Shown: positions 17,085 to 26,024 of the stretch, one piece after another | Numbering within the stretch: position 1 is the stretch's first letter | Layout of the letters: each line of letters starts with the position of its first letter | From: Myxococcota bacterium | GTDB taxonomy: Bacteria; Myxococcota_A; UBA796; GCA-2862545 | DNA length: 64,000 nt | Assembly: GCA_039208735.1 (NCBI GenBank) | Contig: JBCCQY010000025.1 | Coordinates: 4,784 to 68,783 of the forward strand | Reading direction: 5' to 3' | Made by a program: the position numbers and the translations under genes | Notes under the pieces: model-generated | What the model was told of the DNA's origin: nothing | Databases searched by the model: none | Seen by the model: the letters and a program-made list of their open reading frames with translations, nothing else

Positions 17085-18762
17085 TCAGCAAAGCCCTCGC
17101 AGCTTCACGCGCCGCATCGCTTACCGTTCGACCTCCCAGCATACGCGCGAGTTCTTCGACCCGCGCGGCTCCTCGAATCGGAACGAGTTCGCTATGGGTG
17201 CGACCGTCTTCGATGCGCTTTTGAACACGGTAGTGCGTGTCGCCGAGGGCGGCAATCTGAGGCAGATGGGTGATGCACAGCACCTGGTGGTGCTCGGCGA
17301 CCTGGCGCAATTTGTGGCCAATGGCTTCGGCGACCCCGCCACCAACCCCGCTGTCGACCTCGTCGAAGACGTAGGTTCCGACGGGCCCCTGGCCGGCCAA
17401 CACCCGCTTCGTAGCGAGGAGGGCTCGCGACAGTTCCCCTCCGCTCGCGATGCGGCCAAGAGGACGTGGAGGTTCCCCAGGGTTGGGGCTGATCAGCAGT
17501 TCGACCTGGTCGGCGCCCCTGGCGGACAGTCGCCCGCCATCGAAGACCAGCGCCGCATCGCCAGGGTCTATTGGGGCTACGGAAACCTCGATTCGGGCCT
17601 GACCCATGCCGAGGTCGTGGAGTTCACGCCCGATTGCATCGGCGAGGTTTGAGGCGGCCTGCTCCCGCGCGGCGCGCAACTCGAGGGCGGCTTGAGCCGC
17701 ATGGCCGAGCGCTTCTGCGACAGCAGCTTGTCGCTGTTCGAGCGAGAGATCGGCGGCATCGAGTTCGGCCAGCTCATGGGCGAGTGCTTCGCGCTTGGCA
17801 ATCGCCGCATCGACATCGCCGCCAAACCGTTTGGCGAGCCGGCGCAGCTCCTGAAACCGCTCCTCGCGCATGGCCAGTTCTTCCGCATCGCCCGAGAGGC
17901 CTCGGGCATAGCGCCCCAGATCGTGGGCCGCGTCTTCGAGGTCGGCGAGCGCACCCTGCACCCGATTCGCGTAGACCGCCAATCCCTCGTCGTGGGTGGA
18001 GGCATGCGCCAAATCGCCTTGAAGCTCGGCCAGCTCGCTGCAAATCGCTCGTTCGCGACCGTACAAGGCATGCTCGGCCTGGCTCGCGGCCCGCCGGAGC
18101 AGCTCGACATGACGCAGCCGTCCCAAGGCCTCTTCCAGCGCTTCGATTTCGCCGGGCTTGGGGTCGACCCGTTCGAGTTCAGAGAGCTGAAACCGCAGCC
18201 ACTCCTCTTGCTCACCACGCGCGGCGACCGCGCCGCGAAGCGAGACGAGCCCATCATGAGCGTCTTTGAGCGCGTGGTAGGCCTGGCCCATTCGAGTGGT
18301 GAGTTCAGGAACCGCGGCCCACCGGTCGAGCGTTTCGAGATGGGTGGCCGGATCGACGAGGGTCTGGTGTTCGTGCTGCGACGAGATGTCGATGAGGCCT
18401 GCGGCGAGGGCGCGAAGCTGGGTGGCCGTGGTCAAGCGGCCGTTGACGGTGGCCCGGCTGCGGCCCGACTGGACCACCCGGCGGATGACCAGTTCATCGT
18501 CTTGGGGAAACCCAAGCTCTTGCAGCCGTTGTTGGGCCTGAACATCGTCGGCGACTTCGAAGAGGGCTTCGATCTCGGCCCGCTCAGCGCCCGCTCGCAC
18601 CACATCGGGGCTCGCCCGGCCTCCGAGCACGAGCTTGAGCGCATGGATGAGCATGGACTTGCCGGCCCCGGTTTCGCCCGAGATGATCGTCAATCCTGAC
18701 CCAAAAGCGATTTCGGCGCTGGCGACGATCGCAAAGTCGTTGATGCGGAGTGCAGTCAACAA
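17074..18762 (-). CDS. recN: DNA repair protein RecN
   Basis: MLTALRINDFAIV..., GETGAGKSM Walker A, long coiled coil, ASGGELSRALLA signature, FDEVDSGVGG Walker B. TTG start. Confidence 0.95.
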   Translation of the reverse strand: MLTALRINDFAIVASAEIAFGSGLTIISGETGAGKSMLIHALKLVLGGRASPDVVRAGAERAEIEALFEVADDVQAQQRLQELGFPQDDELVIRRVVQSGRSRATVNGRLTTATQLRALAAGLIDISSQHEHQTLVDPATHLETLDRWAAVPELTTRMGQAYHALKDAHDGLVSLRGAVAARGEQEEWLRFQLSELERVDPKPGEIEALEEALGRLRHVELLRRAASQAEHALYGRERAICSELAELQGDLAHASTHDEGLAVYANRVQGALADLEDAAHDLGRYARGLSGDAEELAMREERFQELRRLAKRFGGDVDAAIAKREALAHELAELDAADLSLEQRQAAVAEALGHAAQAALELRAAREQAASNLADAIGRELHDLGMGQARIEVSVAPIDPGDAALVFDGGRLSARGADQVELLISPNPGEPPRPLGRIASGGELSRALLATKRVLAGQGPVGTYVFDEVDSGVGGGVAEAIGHKLRQVAEHHQVLCITHLPQIAALGDTHYRVQKRIEDGRTHSELVPIRGAARVEELARMLGGRTVSDAAREAARALLNAA

Positions 18763-18816
18763 GGCAGTTCCTCCAGCCTTCAGACGTCAACGGGTGTTCA
18801 GTAACGCCTGGAGCGG

Positions 18817-19362
18817 TCAGTCCTTGGCAGGGCGCAAGATTTGTGTGGGCGTGACGACAAGATCGACGCGCTGGTCACGGACATCGTGGGGAACGTCGTC
18901 GACGATCGCTTCATCCAGCGCAAGGCCGATGCTGAACACCTTGTTCGCGGCCAGGTAGCGGTCGTAGAACCCTCCGCCCCACCCAAGACGCCGACCCGAT
19001 CCATCGAAGGCCAAGCCTGGCACCAACACGGCGTCGACCGGAATGGCAGGCCCCGACCCGGTCGGAATGCCGAACGCCCCCTCGACACGGGGTCCCGCGT
19101 CTTCGACCATAACCATCGTGTTGGCCTCGATTCTGGGGATGGCCCAACGAACGTGGGGCAGGGCCTCACGAGCGGGAGACGTCGGGATCTCACGGCGGAT
19201 GGCCAGGTAGGTGGCCACGGTAGATGCCGTGGCCAAAGGGGGCAGCGTCGCAAGGTTTTCGGCAATGCTTCGGGCGGCCGCGCGGAGGATGTCTCGTGTG
19301 ACCGCGGCTCGCATGCGGCGCATGCGACGTCGAAACGCAGTCTTCTGGGCGACAAGGTCCAT
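18817..19362 (-). CDS. 5-formyltetrahydrofolate cyclo-ligase
   Basis: LVPGLAFDGSGRRLGWGGGFYDRYL motif and typical length. Confidence 0.85.
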   Translation of the reverse strand: MDLVAQKTAFRRRMRRMRAAVTRDILRAAARSIAENLATLPPLATASTVATYLAIRREIPTSPAREALPHVRWAIPRIEANTMVMVEDAGPRVEGAFGIPTGSGPAIPVDAVLVPGLAFDGSGRRLGWGGGFYDRYLAANKVFSIGLALDEAIVDDVPHDVRDQRVDLVVTPTQILRPAKD

Positions 19363-19541
19363 GGGCCGCTACGTACTCAGGTTCGCGGAGGTTGGGGTCA
19401 CTTCCCTCGCTCCATTTCCGCAGAACCCAAACCGGTACTCGACGATCGCCGTAGGTCCCTGGAGCGTATCCGTCCTTGACAACGAAATGCGCCCCACAGT
19501 CGGTCGTTCGTTCGATAGTTTGAGGAACGGAGGACAAGTGC

Positions 19542-19976
19542 ATGAAGTGGTGGTTGGCGTTGGCGGTGGCGTGCGTGGGCGATGATGACGTCGAGGACAA
19601 GACGACGCCCACCACACCGACACAGGCGGAGACCGGGACCTCGGGTTCAACCGGATCGACGGCGAGCACCGCAAGTACCGCGATGACGTCCGACACCGGC
19701 AAGACCGACGTTCCGACGGGGACCACCGGAGTTTCCGATACGGGCAGCGACGACACGGGCGTGGTGGCCGATGCCGATGCGGATACCGACGCCGATAGCG
19801 ACTCCGATGCGGATTCGGACACCGACACGGACACCGATGCCGACACGGACGCGGATGCCGATACGGACGCGGATGCCGATTCCGATTCCGATGCCGATGC
19901 GACACCCAGCGCGGACCGGCCCGCTGGACCCCCACCCGTTACGCCGCCCCAGTCGGCGCCCACGACCGCTCCGTAG
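19542..19976 (+). CDS. Secreted/lipoprotein, entirely low-complexity: Thr/Ser/Gly-rich, then a (Asp-X) dipeptide repeat block (X = Ala/Thr/Ser), then a Pro-rich tail
   Basis: Signal plus lipobox MKWWLALAVAC. Good RBS GGAACGGAGGA. Stop lies 4 nt before the response-regulator ATG, so probably co-transcribed. Confidence 0.6.
   Translation: MKWWLALAVACVGDDDVEDKTTPTTPTQAETGTSGSTGSTASTASTAMTSDTGKTDVPTGTTGVSDTGSDDTGVVADADADTDADSDSDADSDTDTDTDADTDADADTDADADSDSDADATPSADRPAGPPPVTPPQSAPTTAP
19770..19901 (+). repeat. Hexanucleotide (GAY-NCN) tandem repeat encoding ~22 Asp-Ala/Thr/Ser dipeptides
   Basis: Read directly: gatgccgatgcggataccgacgccgatagcgactccgat... Translates to DADADTDADSDSDADSDTDTDTDADTDADADTDADADSDSDADA. 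Confidence 0.9.
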
Positions 19977-19979
19977 CGC

Positions 19980-20666
19980 ATGGGGGCGCGCATTCTGCTC
20001 GTGGATGATGACGCGTCGCTACGCGAGGTCGTCCGGTATGCGTTGGACCGAGCGGGCTACGAGGTGATCGAGGCTGAGGACGGCCTGCGCGCTCTCGAAC
20101 GATTCCCCGAGCAACCTGTCGATCTGGTGGTTCTCGACATCCTGATGCCCGAGTTAGACGGGCTCGCCGTGTGTCAGAAACTGCGTCAAACTTCTGATGT
20201 GCCGATCGTGTTCCTCTCTTCGCGGGCCGAAGAGGTGGACCGCATCTTGGGCCTCGAGATGGGAGGTGACGACTACATCAGCAAGCCGTTCTCGCCGCGC
20301 GAACTGGTGAGTCGGGTCAAGGCGGTGCTGCGGCGGACCCAACGGTCCGAGCCCGGTGAGCCAGCCGACGTGGTCGAGGCCGCAGGGATTCGGCTGGACG
20401 TCTCCGCCCATCGCGCGTTCGTTGGGACCTCGGAACTGACGCTCACCGTCACCGAGTTTCGCATCGTCGAGGTGTTTGTGCGGCGCCCGGGACGGGTCTT
20501 TACGCGCGATGAGCTGGTCGAACGAGCGTACCCGGGCCCCCACCACGTGTCGGATCGGACGCTCGACAGCCACATTCGACGGATCCGACAGAAGTTGCGG
20601 GAAGCCGGGCTCGATCCCATTACCACGGTGCATGGCCTTGGCTTCCGACTCGAGGAGGGCGCCTGA
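19980..20666 (+). CDS. OmpR-family response regulator
   Basis: ILLVDDD, DLVVLDILMPELDG, DDYISKPF, plus winged-helix C-terminal domain (LTVTEFRIVEVF..., VHGLGFRL). Confidence 0.93.
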   Translation: MGARILLVDDDASLREVVRYALDRAGYEVIEAEDGLRALERFPEQPVDLVVLDILMPELDGLAVCQKLRQTSDVPIVFLSSRAEEVDRILGLEMGGDDYISKPFSPRELVSRVKAVLRRTQRSEPGEPADVVEAAGIRLDVSAHRAFVGTSELTLTVTEFRIVEVFVRRPGRVFTRDELVERAYPGPHHVSDRTLDSHIRRIRQKLREAGLDPITTVHGLGFRLEEGA

Positions 20667-20680
20667 GCCACGAAGCCCGC

Positions 20681-22102
20681 GTGCCGGTGTTGCCACTGCG
20701 GGCCTGGCTTGCCTTGTCCCACCTCGCGGTGCTTTGCTTGCCGCTCGTTGTCGTCCTGCTGTCGGGCGCCTTGGGCCACGATCTCGTACAACAAACGCGG
20801 GAGGACGTGGAACACCAGGCAGATTTGGTGGCCATGGTTCTCGCGGCCGAGATGACCCTGGCCCGCCTCGACGACCCCGAGGCGACCTTGCAGAGCTGTG
20901 CCGATCGGCTGTCCGCGAAGCTTCGTGCGGCCAAGGCGTCGACGTTGGCGGGCTTCGAGCTGACCGATGTAAGTGGCGTGGTCACCGCCACCTCGGGCAC
21001 GCAGCTTGGTCAGGATCTTTCGGACCGTCGCGAGGTCAAGATTGCGCTGCAAGGGCGTATGGGCAACATCATCCGGCCACGGGTGCCCCGAAGGGACATG
21101 CCGCTGTGGGGTCCAGGACGTCGGGCCAGGGTGTGGGTCTTTGTTGCGGTCCCCATCGTCGTAGAGGGCGAAACCCTGGGCGCGCTTGTCGTGTCGAGAA
21201 CGCCCCGCGAGGAACTCCAAGCGCTCTACCGCATGGCTCCCCGCGCCATCTTGGCCGCAATGGGCGCACTCATCCTCACGATTGCCCTGGCGTTTGGCGC
21301 CGCTGTACTGGCGACTCGGTCGTTGCAAACCCTCGATGCGAGCGCGAACCGAATTGCGCGCGGTGATTTGGACGGCATGGCCGCGTTGGCTCGGCCGGAG
21401 TTGTCGCATGTGGCCGAGGTCGCAGGGGTGGCCCGCTCGGTTCGACGAGCGGCGTTGCGCCTACGAGAACGGATCGACTACATCGGGGAGTTCGCAAGCA
21501 ACGTGTCCCACGAGTTCAAGACCCCGTTGGCGACGTTGCGGGGCACCGTCGAACTCATGGTCGATGAAGGTGCCGCGATGCCCGAAGCCCAGCAGCGTCG
21601 GTTCCTCGACAATGCGTCGCGGGAAATCGACCGGCTCGAGCGTCTGGTCACGGGACTCTTGGCGTTGGCCAGAGCCGATCAAGCCCGAGCCAACGAGCCG
21701 GTCGATTTCGGTGAGGTCGTTCGTCGCGTGGGGGAGCGCCTCGATGTTGAGGTCGAGGGAGAAGCTGGCTGGGTCCGCGGCAGTGGTGTGCAGCTTGAAA
21801 CGCTTCTCGAGAATCTGATTCGCAACGCACGGGAGCATGGCGGTGACACGGTGCGCGTGCGGCTTCGAGGCTTCCACGAAGATGGGGGCACCGGCGTGAT
21901 TGTGGCCGATGACGGCCGGGGGATTTCGGCCGCCAACCTGCCGCAGGTGTTCGACCGGTTCTTCACCACCCGACGCGATGACGGGGGAACGGGACTGGGG
22001 TTGGCCCTCGCCAAGGCCGTCGTGGTCCAGCATGGCGGCACGATCGAGGTCCACAGCCAGCCGGGCGACACCCGGTTTGTGGTGCGGCTCCCGGCCGTCT
22101 AA
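20681..22102 (+). CDS. Membrane sensor histidine kinase (two TM segments, HAMP, HisKA, HATPase_c)
   Basis: FASNVSHEFKTPLATL H-box, N box NLIRNAREH, DDGRGI, GGTGLGLALAK. Confidence 0.92.
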   Translation: MPVLPLRAWLALSHLAVLCLPLVVVLLSGALGHDLVQQTREDVEHQADLVAMVLAAEMTLARLDDPEATLQSCADRLSAKLRAAKASTLAGFELTDVSGVVTATSGTQLGQDLSDRREVKIALQGRMGNIIRPRVPRRDMPLWGPGRRARVWVFVAVPIVVEGETLGALVVSRTPREELQALYRMAPRAILAAMGALILTIALAFGAAVLATRSLQTLDASANRIARGDLDGMAALARPELSHVAEVAGVARSVRRAALRLRERIDYIGEFASNVSHEFKTPLATLRGTVELMVDEGAAMPEAQQRRFLDNASREIDRLERLVTGLLALARADQARANEPVDFGEVVRRVGERLDVEVEGEAGWVRGSGVQLETLLENLIRNAREHGGDTVRVRLRGFHEDGGTGVIVADDGRGISAANLPQVFDRFFTTRRDDGGTGLGLALAKAVVVQHGGTIEVHSQPGDTRFVVRLPAV

Positions 22103-22704
22103 AGGCGGAGCAGCCCGAGGCGCACGGCTCGAACCACGGCGTCGGTGCGTCCGCTAGCGTCGAGCTTCACGAGAATGCGGTCGACGTGGAACTTGGCGGT
22201 GTGGGGCGAAATATCGAGCGCTAGGGCAATCTCGCGGTTGCTTCGTCCTTCGGCAAGCAATTCGAGGACCTCGGTCTCCCGAGGGGTGAGGGGCTCAACC
22301 TCTTCTTGGCCTGGGGGGGGCGCGGCTCGAAGTAGACCTTCGAAGCGTGGATCTACCACCTGTAGCCCGCTGCGGACCGCGATCAGTGCGGCGGTGAGTA
22401 CGTCGGATTCAACCTCGCGGTGCAACACCCCTGCGGCACCGGCCCCGAGGGCCTGGGCGGCCCGGTCCGCGTCCCGTGCGAGCACCACTGCCGGCACCCC
22501 GACTTCGAGGCGCCGTGGATCCTTGATGGGCTCCTCGGCGTCCCACAACAGGGCCTCCACGCCGTTTGTCGCCACCAACGGCACCAGATCGACATCGGTG
22601 GCGACCGCACGGACCACCTCGATCTCGTGGGGCAACAACGCAGCGAGGCCACCCCGGACCAGGGGGTCGTCCGCGACGAGAACGACGGACAGCTCCGTGA
22701 TCAT
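22099..22704 (-). CDS. LuxR/NarL-family regulator with atypical receiver domain
   Basis: C-terminal LTPRETEVLELLAEGRSNREIALALDISPHTAKFHV HTH. Receiver keeps DD12-13 and D55, but the conserved Thr/Ser (PAVVLA) and Lys (GVLHRE) positions are substituted. Confidence 0.8.
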   Translation of the reverse strand: MITELSVVLVADDPLVRGGLAALLPHEIEVVRAVATDVDLVPLVATNGVEALLWDAEEPIKDPRRLEVGVPAVVLARDADRAAQALGAGAAGVLHREVESDVLTAALIAVRSGLQVVDPRFEGLLRAAPPPGQEEVEPLTPRETEVLELLAEGRSNREIALALDISPHTAKFHVDRILVKLDASGRTDAVVRAVRLGLLRL

Positions 22705-22711
22705 GGGTGGA

Positions 22712-23380
22712 TCACGGCTGTGGAGCGCCCGAGCGAAGCCGAACCGGCATCCACCGGACGCCCGGCTGTCCGGTCAGCGAAGGAATGCGAGAGAACCGCA
22801 TTTCAGAGACAAAGCTCTGGTATTCTTCGTCACCCAGTACGTCGGCGATGCGTTTGGCCTGCGCTTGGCGGTACTGGGCGACGTCGCGGCGTGCATTCGC
22901 CCATTCCCGAGGGTCCTGGATGCCGCTGAGTCGTGACTCAGCGCCATCGAGCGTTTCGACGAGCAGGTGGCGTACCCGCTCGGTGGTGTCGGAATCCCAC
23001 CCGCGCTCATTCGACAGCTCATCGAGGCGGGCTTCCATCTGATCCCGCCGGTCTTCCGGCTCGGAGCCGAGCGCGGTCGGAGGCTTGAACACACCCGGCG
23101 CGGCGGCGAATTCCCGCTTCAGCGCGCGTACCCGTGGGGCGCCCGGCGGTGCGTTGACCGACCGTGGAGCGAGGGGCTCGCCCTTGACGGCGTCCGCACG
23201 CGGAGGGAGCGGCGACCGAATGCGCTTGGGAGCTTCGCGGGCGACTTTGGGCGTCGCCTGGGTTGACGCTACCGAAGGGCCAGTATCGAAGCGGAAGACC
23301 ATCGACGCGACGCCCATGGCGACCACGGCGAGCCCCACCAGGACTGCCAACCACGTCCAACGTCCGATATTGAGAGGCAT
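22712..23380 (-). CDS. Single-pass membrane protein, unknown function
   Basis: N-terminal TM WTWLAVLVGLAVVAMGVASMVF, a Pro/Ala/Lys-rich linker and a helical C-terminal domain. Lies 7 nt upstream of the LuxR gene. Confidence 0.5.
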   Translation of the reverse strand: MPLNIGRWTWLAVLVGLAVVAMGVASMVFRFDTGPSVASTQATPKVAREAPKRIRSPLPPRADAVKGEPLAPRSVNAPPGAPRVRALKREFAAAPGVFKPPTALGSEPEDRRDQMEARLDELSNERGWDSDTTERVRHLLVETLDGAESRLSGIQDPREWANARRDVAQYRQAQAKRIADVLGDEEYQSFVSEMRFSRIPSLTGQPGVRWMPVRLRSGAPQP

Positions 23381-23417
23381 GGCGCACTTTAACGCGCCGT
23401 TCGCAGGAGGAGGCGGC

Positions 23418-24332
23418 GTGCCCGAGTACCCGGACGTGGTCGTCTACATCGAGCGGTTGCAGGCGCTCGTTCAAGGTCAGCCGTTGGAGGCGATTCGCCT
23501 TGGAAATCCGTTTGTGCTGCGCACCGTCGTGCCTCCGCTTTCGGTACTCGCCGGCCAGGAGGTGCTCGAAATCCGCCGCATGGGCAAGCGCATCGTCTTT
23601 GGATTCCCCGAATCTAGGTTTCTCGTCATTCACCTGATGATCGCGGGCCGTCTGCGAATGAAGAAAAAGGGGGCCAGTCAACGAGGCCGAGACGTCCTTG
23701 CGGTGTTCGACTTTCCCAAGGCAAGCCTCGTGTTCACCGAAGCAAGCAAGAAAAAGCGGGCCTCCATTCACCTGGTGGAGGGCGAAGAGGCGCTGACGCC
23801 CTTCGACCGAGGTGGGCTCGAGGTGTTCGACATCGACCTGGTGACGTTCACCGAGCGGTTGCGGGCCCGTCGGCACACCCTCAAGCGGGCGCTCACCGAC
23901 CCTCGGATCTTCAGTGGCATCGGCAATGCCTACTCGGATGAGATCCTTTGGCGCGCCAAGCTTTCGCCCATCAAGCTCACCACCTCGGTGACGGACGAAG
24001 AGGCGGAGACCCTCCTTGAGGCGATTCGCACCGAGTTGACCGCGTGGACCGACCGCTTTCGAGACGAGGTGGGTGACGGATTCCCCGACAAGGTCACGGC
24101 GTTTCGCGAAGAGATGGCCATGCACGGTAAGTTTCGCAAGCCCTGTCCTCGTTGTGGAGACCCGGTCCAACGAATCGTGCATGCCGAGAACGAGAGCAAC
24201 TACTGTGCGACATGCCAGACCAACGGACGCCTGCTCGCAGACCGAGCCCTGTCGCGGTTGCTCAAGTCGGATTGGCCGCGAACCCTATCCGAACTCGAAG
24301 AGCGCCTCGGGACCGACGACAAATCGGATTGA
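23418..24332 (+). CDS. Fpg/Nei-family DNA glycosylase/AP lyase
   Basis: GTG start gives (M)PEYPDVVVY, placing the catalytic Pro2-Glu3. H2TH region GIGNAYSDEILWRAKL and C-terminal zinc finger CPRCG...YCATCQ. RBS AGGAGGA upstream. Confidence 0.85.
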   Translation: MPEYPDVVVYIERLQALVQGQPLEAIRLGNPFVLRTVVPPLSVLAGQEVLEIRRMGKRIVFGFPESRFLVIHLMIAGRLRMKKKGASQRGRDVLAVFDFPKASLVFTEASKKKRASIHLVEGEEALTPFDRGGLEVFDIDLVTFTERLRARRHTLKRALTDPRIFSGIGNAYSDEILWRAKLSPIKLTTSVTDEEAETLLEAIRTELTAWTDRFRDEVGDGFPDKVTAFREEMAMHGKFRKPCPRCGDPVQRIVHAENESNYCATCQTNGRLLADRALSRLLKSDWPRTLSELEERLGTDDKSD

Positions 24333-24335
24333 AGG

Positions 24336-25553
24336 TCAGCCGTTGTTCGGTGAAAGTGTTGTTCGAACCTCCATCTGACTGTGCAGGGTGCGATGCACAG
24401 GGCACCGGTCTGCGATCTCGAGGAGGCGCTGGCGCTGCTCTGCAGAAAGGTCTCCGACCACGTCGAGGGTTCGGTGGATGACTTCGAGGCGTACCGATTC
24501 GCCCTCGGCGCACCCCGCGCAGTCCTTGGCGTGGTTGCGTTCGTGGCGTAGCGTGACGATCACCTCTTCGAGCGGCCACTGTTTGCGATCGGCGTACATG
24601 CGAAGCGTCATCGCGGTGCACGCTCCCAGCGACGAAAGCAGCAGGTCGTAGGGAGTCGGCCCGGTGTCGGTGCCTCCAAGGCTCGGGGGTTCGTCGGCCA
24701 CGAATCGATGATGCCCGGCGCGGATCTCGGTCCGGAATCCCGAAGACACCACGGCTTCGACCTCGCCATGGGCCAACGGAGCGTCAGCGGTCGGAGGGTC
24801 CAGGGTGCGGTCCGCCCAGGCTGCGATGAGGCTTCCCACCCAGGCTGCGTCTCGCCGGTCGGTCAGCAGATGGTCGGCTTGGTCTAGCGAAACGAACGAC
24901 TTGGGATGCCTGGCGGCAAGAAACATGTCGCGCGCGTGATCGATCCCGACCACGGTGTCGAAGGGTGCGTGGAGGACGAGCAGCGGACGCCCCAGGTTGG
25001 CCAGATCCTCTTCGATCGAGCTGCGTTCCAGATCTTCGAGGAGGGCCTGGCCCACCTTCAACGTGCGGCCGGCAAGCTCGATCTCGGCCTCACCGCTCGT
25101 TTTCAATGTCTCGCGAACGGGAGCCAAGATGTGAGCCGCGTGACTGGGGTCAAAGGGCGCCCCGATCGTGACGACCCCACGAACGTCGGGGAGTTCCTTG
25201 GCGGCGGCCACGACGGCGGCCCCACCGAGGCTATGGCCTACCAGGAGCCGGACGGGACCTTCGCGTTCGGCTAGCCAACGGGCCGCGGTGACGAGGTCGG
25301 CCACATTGGACAGGAAGGTGGTTTCGGTAAATGCACCTTCGGATTCCCCGAGTCCGGTGAAATCAAATCTCAAGACCCCGTAGCCCTCGATGGCCAGAGC
25401 ATCCGTGATGAGGCGCGCGGCCCGCAGATCTTTGCCGCACGTGAAACAGTGGGCCAACACAGCCCACCCTTGCGGGCGACCGGCGGGACGCCGAAGTCTT
25501 CCCGCTAAGATGGCTCCGGTGGAACCCTCGAAGGTGACCCGCTCGTCTCGCAT
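24336..25553 (-). CDS. Bifunctional alpha/beta-hydrolase / OsmC-family protein
   Basis: GHSLGG nucleophile elbow in the N-terminal half. C-terminal OsmC-like region (LLSSLGACTAMTLRMYA...ADRCPVHRTL). Start ambiguous (Met at 25598, 25574 or 25553). Confidence 0.75.
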   Translation of the reverse strand: MRDERVTFEGSTGAILAGRLRRPAGRPQGWAVLAHCFTCGKDLRAARLITDALAIEGYGVLRFDFTGLGESEGAFTETTFLSNVADLVTAARWLAEREGPVRLLVGHSLGGAAVVAAAKELPDVRGVVTIGAPFDPSHAAHILAPVRETLKTSGEAEIELAGRTLKVGQALLEDLERSSIEEDLANLGRPLLVLHAPFDTVVGIDHARDMFLAARHPKSFVSLDQADHLLTDRRDAAWVGSLIAAWADRTLDPPTADAPLAHGEVEAVVSSGFRTEIRAGHHRFVADEPPSLGGTDTGPTPYDLLLSSLGACTAMTLRMYADRKQWPLEEVIVTLRHERNHAKDCAGCAEGESVRLEVIHRTLDVVGDLSAEQRQRLLEIADRCPVHRTLHSQMEVRTTLSPNNG

Positions 25554-25619
25554 GCGTCCTCCGTGTCCTGGCATCGCTTCGTGGATGGTATGACACACCG
25601 CAGTTCCAGGAGAACAGCG

Positions 25620-26018
25620 ATGCCCCTCGAAGACATCGACCCCAAGACCGCGTTACAGCGCCAGTCCGAAGGTGCCCGCTACATCGACGTCCGCGCCCCC
25701 GAGGAGTTCGCCGCGGGTCACCCGACCGGCGCCGTCAACATCCCCATCGCGTTTGCCACGCCCACCGGAATGGCGCCCAACCCTGAGTTTGTGAGCGTGG
25801 TGCAGCGGCACTTCTCGCCTGACACGACACTCTTGCTCGGCTGCAAGAGCGGAGGTCGGAGCGCACGGGCACTGCAGGCGTTGGCCGCGGCGGGCTTTAC
25901 GAACCTCGCCAACGTGGTCGGCGGATTCTACGGTGGACCGGGGGCTCCCGGGTGGAGTGATCTTGGCTTGCCCTCGTCGACCGAGACCGAGGGTGTGTCG
26001 TACGACGACCTGAAGTAG
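25620..26018 (+). CDS. Single-domain rhodanese-like sulfurtransferase
   Basis: YIDVRAPEEFAAGH and active-site loop CKSGGRSARA. Confidence 0.85.
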   Translation: MPLEDIDPKTALQRQSEGARYIDVRAPEEFAAGHPTGAVNIPIAFATPTGMAPNPEFVSVVQRHFSPDTTLLLGCKSGGRSARALQALAAAGFTNLANVVGGFYGGPGAPGWSDLGLPSSTETEGVSYDDLK

Positions 26019-26024
26019 ACCGCT

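Noticed and set aside
19363-19541. Possible 6S RNA (ssrS) upstream of the 5-formyl-THF cyclo-ligase gene, as in the conserved ssrS-ygfA arrangement of many proteobacteria
   Set aside because: I folded the 179-nt spacer by eye on the relevant strand. Only short local helices appear (e.g. GGTTCTGCGG/CCGCGAACC). There is no long end-to-end imperfect helix with a central bubble. The spacer must also hold the RBS and promoter of the divergent lipoprotein gene. A cmsearch with Rfam 6S would settle it.
19770-19901. Short tandem DNA repeats that could be mistaken for a CRISPR or VNTR array
   Set aside because: The period is 6 nt with no spacers, and the tract is in frame within an ORF that has a signal peptide. 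It is a coding dipeptide repeat, not a CRISPR array.
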